Shown: positions 1 through 9,730, numbered from the stretch's first letter. The stretch: DNA of 64,000 nt from Pseudomonadota bacterium (GCA_030057915.1 JASGUC010000036.1:21511-85510), one strand, 5' to 3'. Numbers and translations: made by a program. The notes: generated from the sequence alone by a model not told the origin.

Positions 1-1
1 C

Positions 2-532
2 CTGGCCGCCGCCCTCGCCGGGGGGAGCGTGACGGTGGAGAACGTTCCCCTTCAGACCAAGCAGGGCGACATCGGCTTCCTGAAGCTCCTGGATGAGTTG
101 GGCTGCCGCATTGTCCCCCGGGAAAACGGCGTGACTCTCCAGGGGGGACCGCTCCAGGCCGGGACACGGCGCCTCGACCTCCGGGACATGCCCGACATGG
201 TCCCCACCCTGGCGGTCCTGGCCGCGGCGCGGCCGGGGCGGACGGCGATCGTCAATGTGGCCCAGCTCCGGGTAAAGGAAAGCGACCGCCTGGCGGCCCT
301 GGCGACGGAACTCAGGAAGATGGGCGCGACGGTGGAAGAGAAGCCGGACGGCCTCGTCATCGCCGGCGGCGCCCCCCGCGGCGCGGAGATCGAAACCTAC
401 AACGACCACCGGATCGCCATGAGTTTCGCGGTGTTGGGGCTGGTCGTCCCGGGGGTGACGATCCGGAATCCCCGCTGTGTGGAAAAGTCCTTTCCCGGCT
501 TCTGGCGGGAGTTGAACAAATTGGCCCGGTGA
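2..532 (+). CDS. aroA: 3-phosphoshikimate 1-carboxyvinyltransferase (EPSP synthase), C-terminal part; 5' end outside window
   Basis: The frame of ORF 29..532 stays open to the window edge. It has EPSPS-like C-terminal blocks (LRVKESDRL, YNDHRIAMSFAVLGL) and is followed by aroK and aroC. Confidence 0.85.
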   Translation: MAAALAGGSVTVENVPLQTKQGDIGFLKLLDELGCRIVPRENGVTLQGGPLQAGTRRLDLRDMPDMVPTLAVLAAARPGRTAIVNVAQLRVKESDRLAALATELRKMGATVEEKPDGLVIAGGAPRGAEIETYNDHRIAMSFAVLGLVVPGVTIRNPRCVEKSFPGFWRELNKLAR

Positions 533-551
533 AGGCCGGCGTGACGGCGGT

Positions 552-1100
552 ATGAACATCGTGTTGATCGGCTATCGGGCCTGCGGCAAGACCTCCGCGG
601 GCCGGGCGCTTGCGGAAAGGATGCGGCGGCCCTTCCTCGACACGGACGCCCTGATCCAGGAGCGGACGGGAAAAACGATCCGCGAACTCGTCGCCGCCGG
701 CGGCTGGCCGGCCTTTCGCGACGCGGAGCGGGCCTGCATCCGGGAGATCGCCCGTCGGGACGGGCTGGTCATTTCCCTGGGCGGCGGCGCCGTTCTCGAT
801 CGCCGCAATGTGACGGACCTGAAGCGCCGGGGGTTGTTTTTCTGGCTGACCGCCGATGCGGCCACCATTCGCAGGCGCCTGGAACAGGACCCGGAAAGCG
901 GGGGCCAGCGTCCGTCCCTGTCCGGTGGCGATGCGGGAGAGGAAATCGACTCGATCCTCCGACAGCGGACGCCTATCTACCGCGGGATCGCCGACGGAGT
1001 GGTGGACACCACCCGGTTGACCATCCCGGAGGTAGCGGCGGCGATCATGGTTCTGGCGACGGAAATCGGCGTGAAAATCCATCCCCGCGATCTCCCTTGA
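552..1100 (+). CDS. aroK: shikimate kinase
   Basis: 182 aa with Walker A GYRACGKTS near the N-terminus. Size and position between aroA and aroC fit. Confidence 0.85.
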   Translation: MNIVLIGYRACGKTSAGRALAERMRRPFLDTDALIQERTGKTIRELVAAGGWPAFRDAERACIREIARRDGLVISLGGGAVLDRRNVTDLKRRGLFFWLTADAATIRRRLEQDPESGGQRPSLSGGDAGEEIDSILRQRTPIYRGIADGVVDTTRLTIPEVAAAIMVLATEIGVKIHPRDLP

Positions 1101-1169
1101 GCCTTTTGCGGCGTTTCCGGGGCAAACACAACACGGGGGTGGGACCCGCACGACGGATCATAAAGACAT

Positions 1170-1306
1170 GAGACCCTTGAAAATCCGCGCCTTCCGGTCG
1201 CCCAGGCAAAACCCGGGGGGCACGGGACACCTGGGCAACACTATCGAACCCCGGCTTCCGCCGGCATGGCCAGGGGGCGTCCGATGAGGCATTTTTCAAG
1301 GGTCTC
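1170..1306 (+). repeat. R1 intergenic repeat (GAGACC...GGTCTC termini), degenerate forward copy inside the aroK-aroC spacer
   Basis: Termini GAGACCCTTGAAAATCC / TTTTTCAAGGGTCTC are inverted. The interior aligns by eye to other R1 copies. Flanks GACAT/GACCT match 4/5. Confidence 0.7.
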
Positions 1307-1336
1307 GACCTGCCGGAGGAAAGGAGATGAGCATCC

Positions 1337-2404
1337 ATGTCAGGCAACACCACCGGCGTCCTCTTTCGGGTCACCACCTGGGGAGAGTCCCACGGCCCGG
1401 CCATCGGGGCCGTCATCGACGGCTGTCCGCCCCTTTTGGAGTTGACGGCGGCGGACATCCAGGCGGATCTGGAACGGCGCAAACCCGGAGCGGCCCCGGG
1501 CGCCTCACCCCGCCGGGAGGCGGATCAGGTGGAGATCCTCTCCGGGGTCTTCGCGGGGAAGACGACCGGCGCGCCCATCTCGCTCCTCATCCGAAACCGC
1601 GACGCCCGGAGCGACGACTATGAAGACCTCCGGGACGTTTATCGGCCGGGCCACGGCGATTTCACCTACGAGCGGAAATACGGCCACCGGGACCACCGGG
1701 GCGGCGGCCGGGCCTCGGGCCGGGAAACAGCCGCCCGGGTGGCCGCCGGGGCGGTGGCCCGGAAACTGCTGACCCCCCGGGGGATGACCGTCACGGCCTA
1801 CACCGTCGCCTTGGGGGGCGTCACGGCCACGGTAGTCGATCCCGCCGCGGCCGCCGGCAACCGTCTTCGCTGCCCCGATCCGGAGGCGGCCCGGCGGATG
1901 GAGGCGGCGCTGGACGAGGCCCGCCGCCGGGGAGACACCCTGGGGGGAAGGGTGGAAATCGTCGTTCGGGGCTGCCCGGTCGGCCTGGGCGAACCAGTAT
2001 TCGACAAGCTCGACGCCGATCTGGCCGGGGCGATCATGGGGATCGGCACGGTAAAGGGGGTGGAGATCGGCGCCGGTTTCGCCGCAGTTGGAATGACGGG
2101 CGCGGAAAACAACGATCCCCTCGTTCCGGGAGGGTTCGCCAGCAACAACGCCGGGGGGATTCTGGCGGGGATATCCACGGGCCAGGATCTGGTGATCCGG
2201 GCGGCCTGCAAGCCCATCCCCTCCCTGGGCCGGGAACAGATGACCGTCAACCGGGAGGGCGCCCCCGTGCGGCTGACCGTCCGGGGACGGCACGACGTAT
2301 CCGTCATCCCCCGGATCCTCCCGGTTTGCGAGGCCATGGTCTGCCTGGTCCTGGCGGATCATCTCCTCCGCCAGGAGGCGCTGGGGATCACGAGACGGCC
2401 CTGA
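1337..2404 (+). CDS. aroC: chorismate synthase
   Basis: 355 aa with N-terminal FRVTTWGESHG and internal RGRHD blocks typical of AroC. Confidence 0.95.
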   Translation: MSGNTTGVLFRVTTWGESHGPAIGAVIDGCPPLLELTAADIQADLERRKPGAAPGASPRREADQVEILSGVFAGKTTGAPISLLIRNRDARSDDYEDLRDVYRPGHGDFTYERKYGHRDHRGGGRASGRETAARVAAGAVARKLLTPRGMTVTAYTVALGGVTATVVDPAAAAGNRLRCPDPEAARRMEAALDEARRRGDTLGGRVEIVVRGCPVGLGEPVFDKLDADLAGAIMGIGTVKGVEIGAGFAAVGMTGAENNDPLVPGGFASNNAGGILAGISTGQDLVIRAACKPIPSLGREQMTVNREGAPVRLTVRGRHDVSVIPRILPVCEAMVCLVLADHLLRQEALGITRRP

Positions 2405-2777
2405 GGGGCGGAGGCGCCGCCGGGAGCGAACGGCTGGGGCGGCGCCAAGGGACGAGCAAGGAGAAGACATGAAGAGAGGGATATTTCCCATCGGGATCAT
2501 CGGCGGCGCCGGGGGCATGGGCAGGTGGTTCGCCGACTTCCATCCCCCGGATCCTCCCGGTCTGCGAGGCCATGGTCTGCCTGGTCCTGGCGGATCATCT
2601 CCTCCGCCAGGAGGCGCTGGGGATCACGAGACGGCCGTGAGGGGCGGAGGTGCCGCCGGGAGCGAACGCGCTGGGGCGGCGCCAAGGGACGAGCAAGGAG
2701 GAGACATGAAGAGAGGGATATTTTCCATCGGGATCATCGGCGGCGCCGGGGGCATGGGCAGGTGGTTCGCCGACTTC
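2305..2777. repeat. tandem duplication, 236 + 237 bp, of the aroC 3' end, the spacer and the first 72 nt of tyrA
   Basis: 2305-2540 and 2541-2777 align with 5 substitutions and one 1-nt indel. Both copies carry the SD and ATG of tyrA (2469 and 2706). Confidence 0.9.
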
Positions 2778-3506
2778 TTTCGGCGGGCAGGCTATCCGGT
2801 GGTGACGACCGGCCGGACCCACGGCCCCGATTTTGCGTCCCTGGCGGCGGCCTGCCCGGTGGTTGTCGTCAGCGTCCCCATGGCCGTCACGGAAGAGGTT
2901 ATCGGGAAGATCGGACCCTGCCTGCCCCGGGAATCGCTGCTCATGGACCTAACCTCCCTGAAGGAAGGGCCGGTGCAGGCCATGCTGGCCGCCTCCGTCT
3001 CCGAGGTCATCGGCCTCCATCCCCTCTTCGGTCCCGGCGTCTCCTCCCTGTCCGGCCAGAATATCGCCGTCTGCCCGGCCCGGGGAGACTCCTGGCTACC
3101 CTGGCTTAAGGAGATCCTGGAGAAAAACGGGGCGCGCCTGGTGGAAACCACCCCGGCACGGCACGACGAGGTGATGGCGGTCGTCCAGGCCCTCAACCAT
3201 TTTCTTGCCGCCGTCCTGGGGCGCGCCATCGCCGCCGCGGGCATCGCGCCGGAGGAGCTGCGGGATTTTTCCACGCCGGTCTTTCGGAATCGTCTGGATC
3301 ATCTCCAGCGCCTCCTCAGCCATCCCGATCTTTACGCCCACCTCATCGCTCACAACCCCTATGGGAAAAGCGCTATAATATCCAACATCTGCCATCTTGA
3401 AGATTTGCTGGCGCCGGTTCGGGAGGGAGACGCCGCCGCCCTGGAGGATCGCCTGCGGGCCCTCCGCGAGGCTTCACCATCCCTCCAGCCGCATCCTCGT
3501 GAATAG
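2706..3506 (+). CDS. tyrA: prephenate dehydrogenase (TyrA family)
   Basis: N-terminal Rossmann motif IGIIGGAGGMGRW, with SD AAGGAGGAG just upstream of ATG 2706. The track ORF 2469..3506 adds 79 aa derived from the duplicated segment, so I prefer the distal start. Confidence 0.75.
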   Translation: MKRGIFSIGIIGGAGGMGRWFADFFRRAGYPVVTTGRTHGPDFASLAAACPVVVVSVPMAVTEEVIGKIGPCLPRESLLMDLTSLKEGPVQAMLAASVSEVIGLHPLFGPGVSSLSGQNIAVCPARGDSWLPWLKEILEKNGARLVETTPARHDEVMAVVQALNHFLAAVLGRAIAAAGIAPEELRDFSTPVFRNRLDHLQRLLSHPDLYAHLIAHNPYGKSAIISNICHLEDLLAPVREGDAAALEDRLRALREASPSLQPHPRE

Positions 3507-3590
3507 ACAGCGGATTTATCGCACCGGGGGGAATTTGAAACTCGACTATTTCCCGCCGCCCCGGCATAATTGAAAGGAGGAATGTAATCA

Positions 3591-3695
3591 GTGACAAACG
3601 GGACTACCTGGGATTTAGCGGGTTATGGAGGGATGGGTTTATTTTTGGCCGTGCAAATATTGTATATTTTGTCACGAATCCATCTTCATGGTTAA
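3591..3695 (+). CDS. candidate 34-aa hydrophobic small protein (MTNGTTWDLAGYGGMGLFLAVQILYILSRIHLHG)
   Basis: GTG start 10 nt after the strong SD AAAGGAGG (3573-3580). One predicted TM-like stretch. Not in the ORF track (too short), and antisense to track ORF 3604..3789. Confidence 0.2.
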   Translation: MTNGTTWDLAGYGGMGLFLAVQILYILSRIHLHG

Positions 3696-3825
3696 AGTTA
3701 TCAACAGTTTTGTCGCAGAATTCATTTTTTTGAAAGCCTGTTGATAGAGTAACAGAATCGGCGACAAAATTTTTCATAAATAAGCACATATTTGATGCGT
3801 CAAATACGCTCCTGAATGTTTTATG

Positions 3826-4014
3826 TCACTGGGCAATGTTCGTGTAGGCACGTTTAATTTTTGCTTTTGCATTTTTCTCGATTACACATCTACATCCCTT
3901 GTGCTGGCCCGACATCCTAAATAACTGCCACTTTGAATATTTGCGGCATTCTATGGAAATAACGTCCCCTTCTATTGTATCGCCCACAGCGCGATATGTC
4001 TTTTTTGCCATCAT
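3826..4014 (-). CDS. hypothetical small basic protein (62 aa) in the low-G+C islet
   Basis: The ORF overlaps the upstream ORF by 4 nt (ATGA coupling). I recognise no family. Confidence 0.3.
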   Translation of the reverse strand: MMAKKTYRAVGDTIEGDVISIECRKYSKWQLFRMSGQHKGCRCVIEKNAKAKIKRAYTNIAQ

Positions 4015-4298
4015 TTAGCCTCCGCTATGCGACCCTCCTTTAATAATTCTTCACAAATTTCATCTGCCATGTCCTCATCTATATGAAGATCAACAGCAAT
4101 TTGAAAAGAGTTAATATTTTCGCCGTGATGTGCCGAAAAATATTCGGTGATTTCCTTTTTGGCTACGTCGTGCGGGATGTCGCGCAGTTCGATAATATCC
4201 TCTTCGCAATCAGTTCTTGTATGTGAAAGATTGGCGATCATTTTCTTGATGTCGCGCAATTCTTTTTTTATCTCATAGTATTCTGCTGAATGTTGCAT
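4011..4298 (-). CDS. hypothetical acidic protein (95 aa), C-terminal half resembles a small winged-helix domain
   Basis: ORF in AT-rich DNA. The pattern ...AKKEITEYFSAHHGENINSFQIAVDLHIDEDMADEICEELLKEGRI resembles wHTH modules. No clear SD. Confidence 0.35.
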   Translation of the reverse strand: MQHSAEYYEIKKELRDIKKMIANLSHTRTDCEEDIIELRDIPHDVAKKEITEYFSAHHGENINSFQIAVDLHIDEDMADEICEELLKEGRIAEAK

Positions 4299-4351
4299 GA
4301 AAATAAAGGAAGGTTACCTTGAGCACATAGGCTCAATATCCCTGATTATAG

Positions 4352-4427
4352 TGGTGGGACGTGCGGGAATCGAACCCGCGACCAACGGATTAAAAGTCCG
4401 CTGCTCTACCGCCTGAGCTAACGTCCC
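4352..4427 (-). tRNA. tRNA-Lys (anticodon UUU), CCA encoded
   Basis: The reverse complement reads GGGACGTTAGCTCAGGCGGTAGAGCAGCGGACTTTTAATCCGTTGGTCGCGGGTTCGATTCCCGCACGTCCCACCA. It shows a cloverleaf, the T-loop GGTTCGATTCC and the anticodon loop CTTTTAA. Confidence 0.95.
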
Positions 4428-4497
4428 GTCCGTTCACTGAAAGCCTGCCCCCTTATCAGCATCTCCGTCGAATTGTCAAGGATTTAAAGCGAAGGGC

Positions 4498-4601
4498 CAC
4501 GGTAAATTTGTTCTATCTCTAAGTGGCCGAAAACAGGACGGGCCTAAGTTTTAGTAGATCATTCAAAATCAACTACTTACATTGAGAACAAATTTACCCT
4601 G
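4498..4601 (+). mobile_element. MITE-like element, copy 1 (orientation label arbitrary)
   Basis: Termini CACGGTAAATTTGTTCT...AGAACAAATTTACCCTG. Perfect 10-bp direct repeats AGCGAAGGGC lie at 4488-4497 and 4602-4611. Confidence 0.85.
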
Positions 4602-4963
4602 AGCGAAGGGCCGCCGCCCCCGCGTCGGAGAGGCGCCATGCCATGACAGCGGTAACCGCCCGCCACAAAACGGACCGCCTGCCGCCCCCGCGAGCGGGCA
4701 AGAGGAACGCCGTCGTGTCGGTCGCTCCTGACAATAAAGGATTGCGCCCCCGTGCGAGAGCGGGGACGCAGTCGTAGGCGTCGGGTCCGCAGCCGCCGTC
4801 ATTGCGCCCTCGCACGAGAGCGGGGAATGTTCATAGTCAAAACCATACTCCCTTGGCCCTCGCCACCCCCCGGCGGGAGCTGGGCATGGGCCGCCACGGG
4901 GGCGTGCGGCGGGCAGCCTCGTCATGGCGCGACGTCGGCAAAACATGGGAAGCGTCCCCATAT

Positions 4964-6280
<1,317 letters not shown>

Positions 6281-6517
6281 CTACGAAAAGGGAAAAAGGG
6301 ACGATTCCAATTCCCCGTTTTTTCCGTTTTCTCAAGAAAAATACATTGTTGACATGATGTTCCCTCGGTTCTTCAACGACGGCGGCGACGCAAGGATGCG
6401 CAAAAAGGGCCGCCGGGCCGCCGCCCGAGTAGCGGCGAGCCTCTCCCGTCACGTCGCGGGACGAGGGCGGCGGCGACGCAAGGCATCCGGCCTTTTCCGG
6501 CGCCGCCGCACGCTCCC

Positions 6518-8101
6518 CTACATCTCCACGTCTTTTACGGAAATCACGTGGGGCAGCTTCAGGAGCTTGTCCATGACCTCCCCGGGGACGGAGCTGTCCG
6601 TGCTTAGGATCACCAGGGCCTCCTGGTCCGCCTCCTCCCGGCTCAGGTGCAACCTGGCGATGTTGATCTGGTTCGCCCCCAGGGTCGAGCCGATATTCCC
6701 GATGACGCCGGGGCGGTCGTAATTGTAGATCACCAGCATGTGCCCCAGGGGGACCACGTCCATGGTGAACTTGTTGAGCTGGACGATCCGCGGGTCCTGA
6801 AGTCCGAAGAGCGCCCCCGCCGTGCAGGATGTCTCCTGGGATGTCTTGATGGTCAGGCTTATCAGGCTCGTGTAGTCCTTCACGTCGCTGCTCTTCGCCT
6901 CGATCACCCTGATCCCCCGCTCCCTCGCCACCACCGGGGCATTGATGAAGTTCACGTTTTCCTTCAGGATCGGCGTCAGCAGACCCTTCAGCAGGGCGAT
7001 GGTCAGGGGGGCCACGTTGTAGTTGAGGATCTTGCCGCTGTACTCGATGATCACCTCCTCCAGGCCACCCTGGACAAGCTGAACATGGAAGCGCCCCAGC
7101 TTCTCCGCCAGGACCAGGTAGGGCTGGATCACCGTGAGCAGCTCGGCGCTCACCGACGGGAAGTTCACGGCGTTGCGGATCTCCCCCTTGATCAGGTAGT
7201 CCGCCACCTGCTCGGCGATGGCGATGGCCACATTGACCTGGGCTTCGTCCGTGGAGGCCCCCAGGTGAGGCGTGCAGATCACCTTATCCAGGGCCAGCAG
7301 GTCCGCGTTTTTCGTCGGCTCCTCCTCGAAGACATCCAGGGCCGCCCCGGCCACCTTCCCGGAGACCAGGGCGTCGTAGAGGTCCTTCTCGCTCACGATC
7401 CCTCCCCGGGCGCAGTTGATGATGAACACGCCTTTCTTCATCTTGGCGAAGGCGGCGGCGTTGATCATCCCCCGGGTTTCCTTCGTCATGGGGGTGTGGA
7501 CGGTGATGAAGTCGGATTCCTTGAGGAGTTCGTCGAGACTCACCAGGGTGATCCCCAGGTTGGCGGCGGCCTCGGAGGAGATGAAGGGATCGTAGGCCAC
7601 GACACGCATCTTCAGGCCCTGGGCCCGGCCCGCCACGATCGCCCCGACCCGGCCGATGCCCACGACGCCCAGGGTCTTGTTGAAGACCTCCGTCCCCATG
7701 AACTTGTTCTTCTCCCACTTGCCGCCCTTCATGGAGGCCGTGGCCTGGGGGATCTTCCGGGCCAGGGAGAGCATCATGGCGATGGCGTGCTCCCCGGTGG
7801 TGATCGTGTTGCCTCCGGGGGTGTTCATGACCACGATGCCCCGTTTGCTCGCTGCCGCCGCATCCACGTTGTCCAGGCCGATGCCGGCCCGGCCCACTAC
7901 TTTCAGGTTGTCCGCCGCGGCGATGATCTCCTTGGTCACCTTCGTCGCAGACCGGATCACCAGGCCGTCATAATCCTTGATTACGCCCTTCAACTCGTCG
8001 GGGGTGAGGTTGGTCATGACGTCCACCTCGATCCCCGGCGTATTCTTCAGTATCTCGATCCCTTCCTTGGAAAGGGTGTCGCTGATCAGCACCTTCTTCA
8101 T
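6518..8101 (-). CDS. serA: D-3-phosphoglycerate dehydrogenase (long form with C-terminal ACT domain)
   Basis: NAD-binding GVVGIGRVG and a 2-hydroxyacid dehydrogenase core. Start chosen at MKKVLISD (ATG 8101), which has GAGGAA upstream. The track ORF extends to 8179. Confidence 0.92.
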   Translation of the reverse strand: MKKVLISDTLSKEGIEILKNTPGIEVDVMTNLTPDELKGVIKDYDGLVIRSATKVTKEIIAAADNLKVVGRAGIGLDNVDAAAASKRGIVVMNTPGGNTITTGEHAIAMMLSLARKIPQATASMKGGKWEKNKFMGTEVFNKTLGVVGIGRVGAIVAGRAQGLKMRVVAYDPFISSEAAANLGITLVSLDELLKESDFITVHTPMTKETRGMINAAAFAKMKKGVFIINCARGGIVSEKDLYDALVSGKVAGAALDVFEEEPTKNADLLALDKVICTPHLGASTDEAQVNVAIAIAEQVADYLIKGEIRNAVNFPSVSAELLTVIQPYLVLAEKLGRFHVQLVQGGLEEVIIEYSGKILNYNVAPLTIALLKGLLTPILKENVNFINAPVVARERGIRVIEAKSSDVKDYTSLISLTIKTSQETSCTAGALFGLQDPRIVQLNKFTMDVVPLGHMLVIYNYDRPGVIGNIGSTLGANQINIARLHLSREEADQEALVILSTDSSVPGEVMDKLLKLPHVISVKDVEM

Positions 8102-8219
8102 AGATTCCTCTTCATTGTCCATATGTAACCATGAATCATCACGATTGCCCCAGGCCCCGAAAGGATGAAAACCTCTCAAGGGAGACCGCGCGAAGGCATC
8201 GTCCTACAAAAACGCCAAT

Positions 8220-9443
8220 TTAAAGACCGGACCCCTTTTTCATTTTCCACGCCGCTTCCAGCTCCGCCAGGGCCCGCTCCAGGTCCGCTCCCTCCACCGT
8301 GGGACCGCACCAGAAGCGGTAGCCCGGGGGAGCGTCCCGGTAGGGGTTGATGTCGAAGGCGATCTTCCTCTTGGCCAAGTCGCTCGCCAGTCCCTTGAGG
8401 ACCCTTTCCTGTTCCGCCCTGGGGAGGGCCGCCAGCTCCGGATCGGCCACGGCGAGGCAGACCGACGTATTGGAGCGGAGCCGCTTGTCCTCCGCCAGGA
8501 GCTTCAGCCAGGGATTGCGGGCCGTCCAGTCCTCGACGATCTTCAGGTTGGCCTCGCTCCGGGCGATGAGGCCCTGCAGGCCGCCCATCTCGTCCGCCCA
8601 GGCCAGGGCGTCCAGGTAATCCTCGACGCAGAGCATGGAGGGGGTGTTGATGGTGTCGCCCGCGAAGATCCCCGCGTCAACCTTCCCGCCCTTCTTCATC
8701 CGGAAGATCTTCGGCAGGGGCCAGGGGGGATCGTAGGATTCCAGGCGCGCCACGGCTCGGGGACTCAAAACGAGCATCCCGTGGGCCGCCTCGCCTCCCA
8801 GGCACTTCTGCCACGAGAAGGTGAGGGCGTCGATCTTCGTCCAGTCGATAGCCATGGCGAAGGCGGCGCTCGTGGCGTCGCACAGCGTCAGACCGAGACG
8901 GACCTTGCCGGCGGCGCTTGCCGCTTGGCCCCCCTCGGCGCCCCGGCTCGCATCAGCGTCCTTGGCGGCCGCCGCGCCGCCCGTTCCCGCCGCGGCGGGG
9001 ATCCAGTCCCAGTCGGGCGTCTTCACGCCGCTCGTCGTGCCGTTGGCGACAAAGACGACGTCATTTGTCCAGTCGATGGCCGAAAGATCGGGGATCCGGC
9101 CGTAGTCCGCCTTCAGGATCGTGGGATCGAGCTTCAACTGCTTGGCGATATCCGTGGCCCATCCTTCGGAGAAGCTCTCCCAAACCAGCACCGTCACCGG
9201 CGCCGGCCCCAGGAGGCTCCACATGGCCGCCTCGAAGGCCCCCGTATCGGAGCCCGGCATAATGCCGCAGAGATAATCCCCGGGGATCCCCAGGATGCGT
9301 TTCGTTTCCGCGATGGCCTTCGCCAGCTTTTCCTTGCCCAGGTTGGACCGGTGGGACCTCCCCACCGCCGCGTCCTTCAGGGCGTCGAGGCCCCAGGCCG
9401 GGCGCTTGCTGCACGGGCCGGAACTGAAATTTGGGTTGTGCAT
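8220..9443 (-). CDS. serC: phosphoserine aminotransferase
   Basis: N-terminus [11 protein letters not shown] matches the SerC start motif, and the gene lies upstream of serA. Start at ATG 9443; the track ORF extends to 9536. Confidence 0.85.
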   Translation of the reverse strand: MHNPNFSSGPCSKRPAWGLDALKDAAVGRSHRSNLGKEKLAKAIAETKRILGIPGDYLCGIMPGSDTGAFEAAMWSLLGPAPVTVLVWESFSEGWATDIAKQLKLDPTILKADYGRIPDLSAIDWTNDVVFVANGTTSGVKTPDWDWIPAAAGTGGAAAAKDADASRGAEGGQAASAAGKVRLGLTLCDATSAAFAMAIDWTKIDALTFSWQKCLGGEAAHGMLVLSPRAVARLESYDPPWPLPKIFRMKKGGKVDAGIFAGDTINTPSMLCVEDYLDALAWADEMGGLQGLIARSEANLKIVEDWTARNPWLKLLAEDKRLRSNTSVCLAVADPELAALPRAEQERVLKGLASDLAKRKIAFDINPYRDAPPGYRFWCGPTVEGADLERALAELEAAWKMKKGSGL

Positions 9444-9544
9444 ATATCCTAAAATCTCCTCAATGAATTTGGTTGCGCCACAAAGGCGTGCGGCGCCTCC
9501 CGCGCCGCCGCCGGCGATCTCGCAACATATCAGCATTCCTTGCG

Positions 9545-9623
9545 GGAGACAAGGGATTTGATGTCAGATTCGCCGTGTCTTCCCCGTCGGGGAGGACACA
9601 AAACGGGGTTTTGCAAAGATCTC
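9545..9623 (+). repeat. R1 repeat fragment (right-hand part only)
   Basis: It ends ...GGGAGGACACAAAACGGGGTTTTGCAAAGATCTC, matching the right end of R1 copies at 24741 and 36348. Confidence 0.5.
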
Positions 9624-9696
9624 GCCCTCTCGACATGGGGCTTCGATATCGCTGCCAGGCCAAAGGACGCCTCATCCGGATGGATCCGCTTTAAAC

Positions 9697-9730
9697 GAAA
9701 GCCCCCGGGGATCGCTCCCCGGGGGCTTTC
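9697..9730 (-). terminator. stem-loop downstream of groEL, candidate intrinsic terminator
   Basis: GAAAGCCCCCGGGGA-TCGC-TCCCCGGGGGCTTTC is a perfect 15-bp stem. On the minus strand it is followed by CGTTTAAAG, a weak U-tract. Confidence 0.5.

Noticed and set aside
2469-3506. The 345-aa version of TyrA starting at ATG 2469.
   Set aside because: The extra 79 aa come from the tandem duplication: a duplicated TyrA N-terminus plus out-of-frame aroC sequence. The distal ATG 2706 gives a normal-length protein. The alternative is kept as a finding, not as the primary call.
3604-3789. 61-aa minus-strand ORF in the low-G+C islet.
   Set aside because: It has no SD and odd composition, and it overlaps antisense with the SD-preceded small ORF 3591-3695. 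I cannot decide between them, so it is not called as a feature.
3507-4500. A direct repeat of the tRNA-Lys 3' end (att site) that would delimit an integrated element.
   Set aside because: Only a weak resemblance exists (GGGAATTTGAAAC versus GGGAATCGAACC near 3529). That stretch is better explained as a truncated R1 repeat, and no integrase is present.
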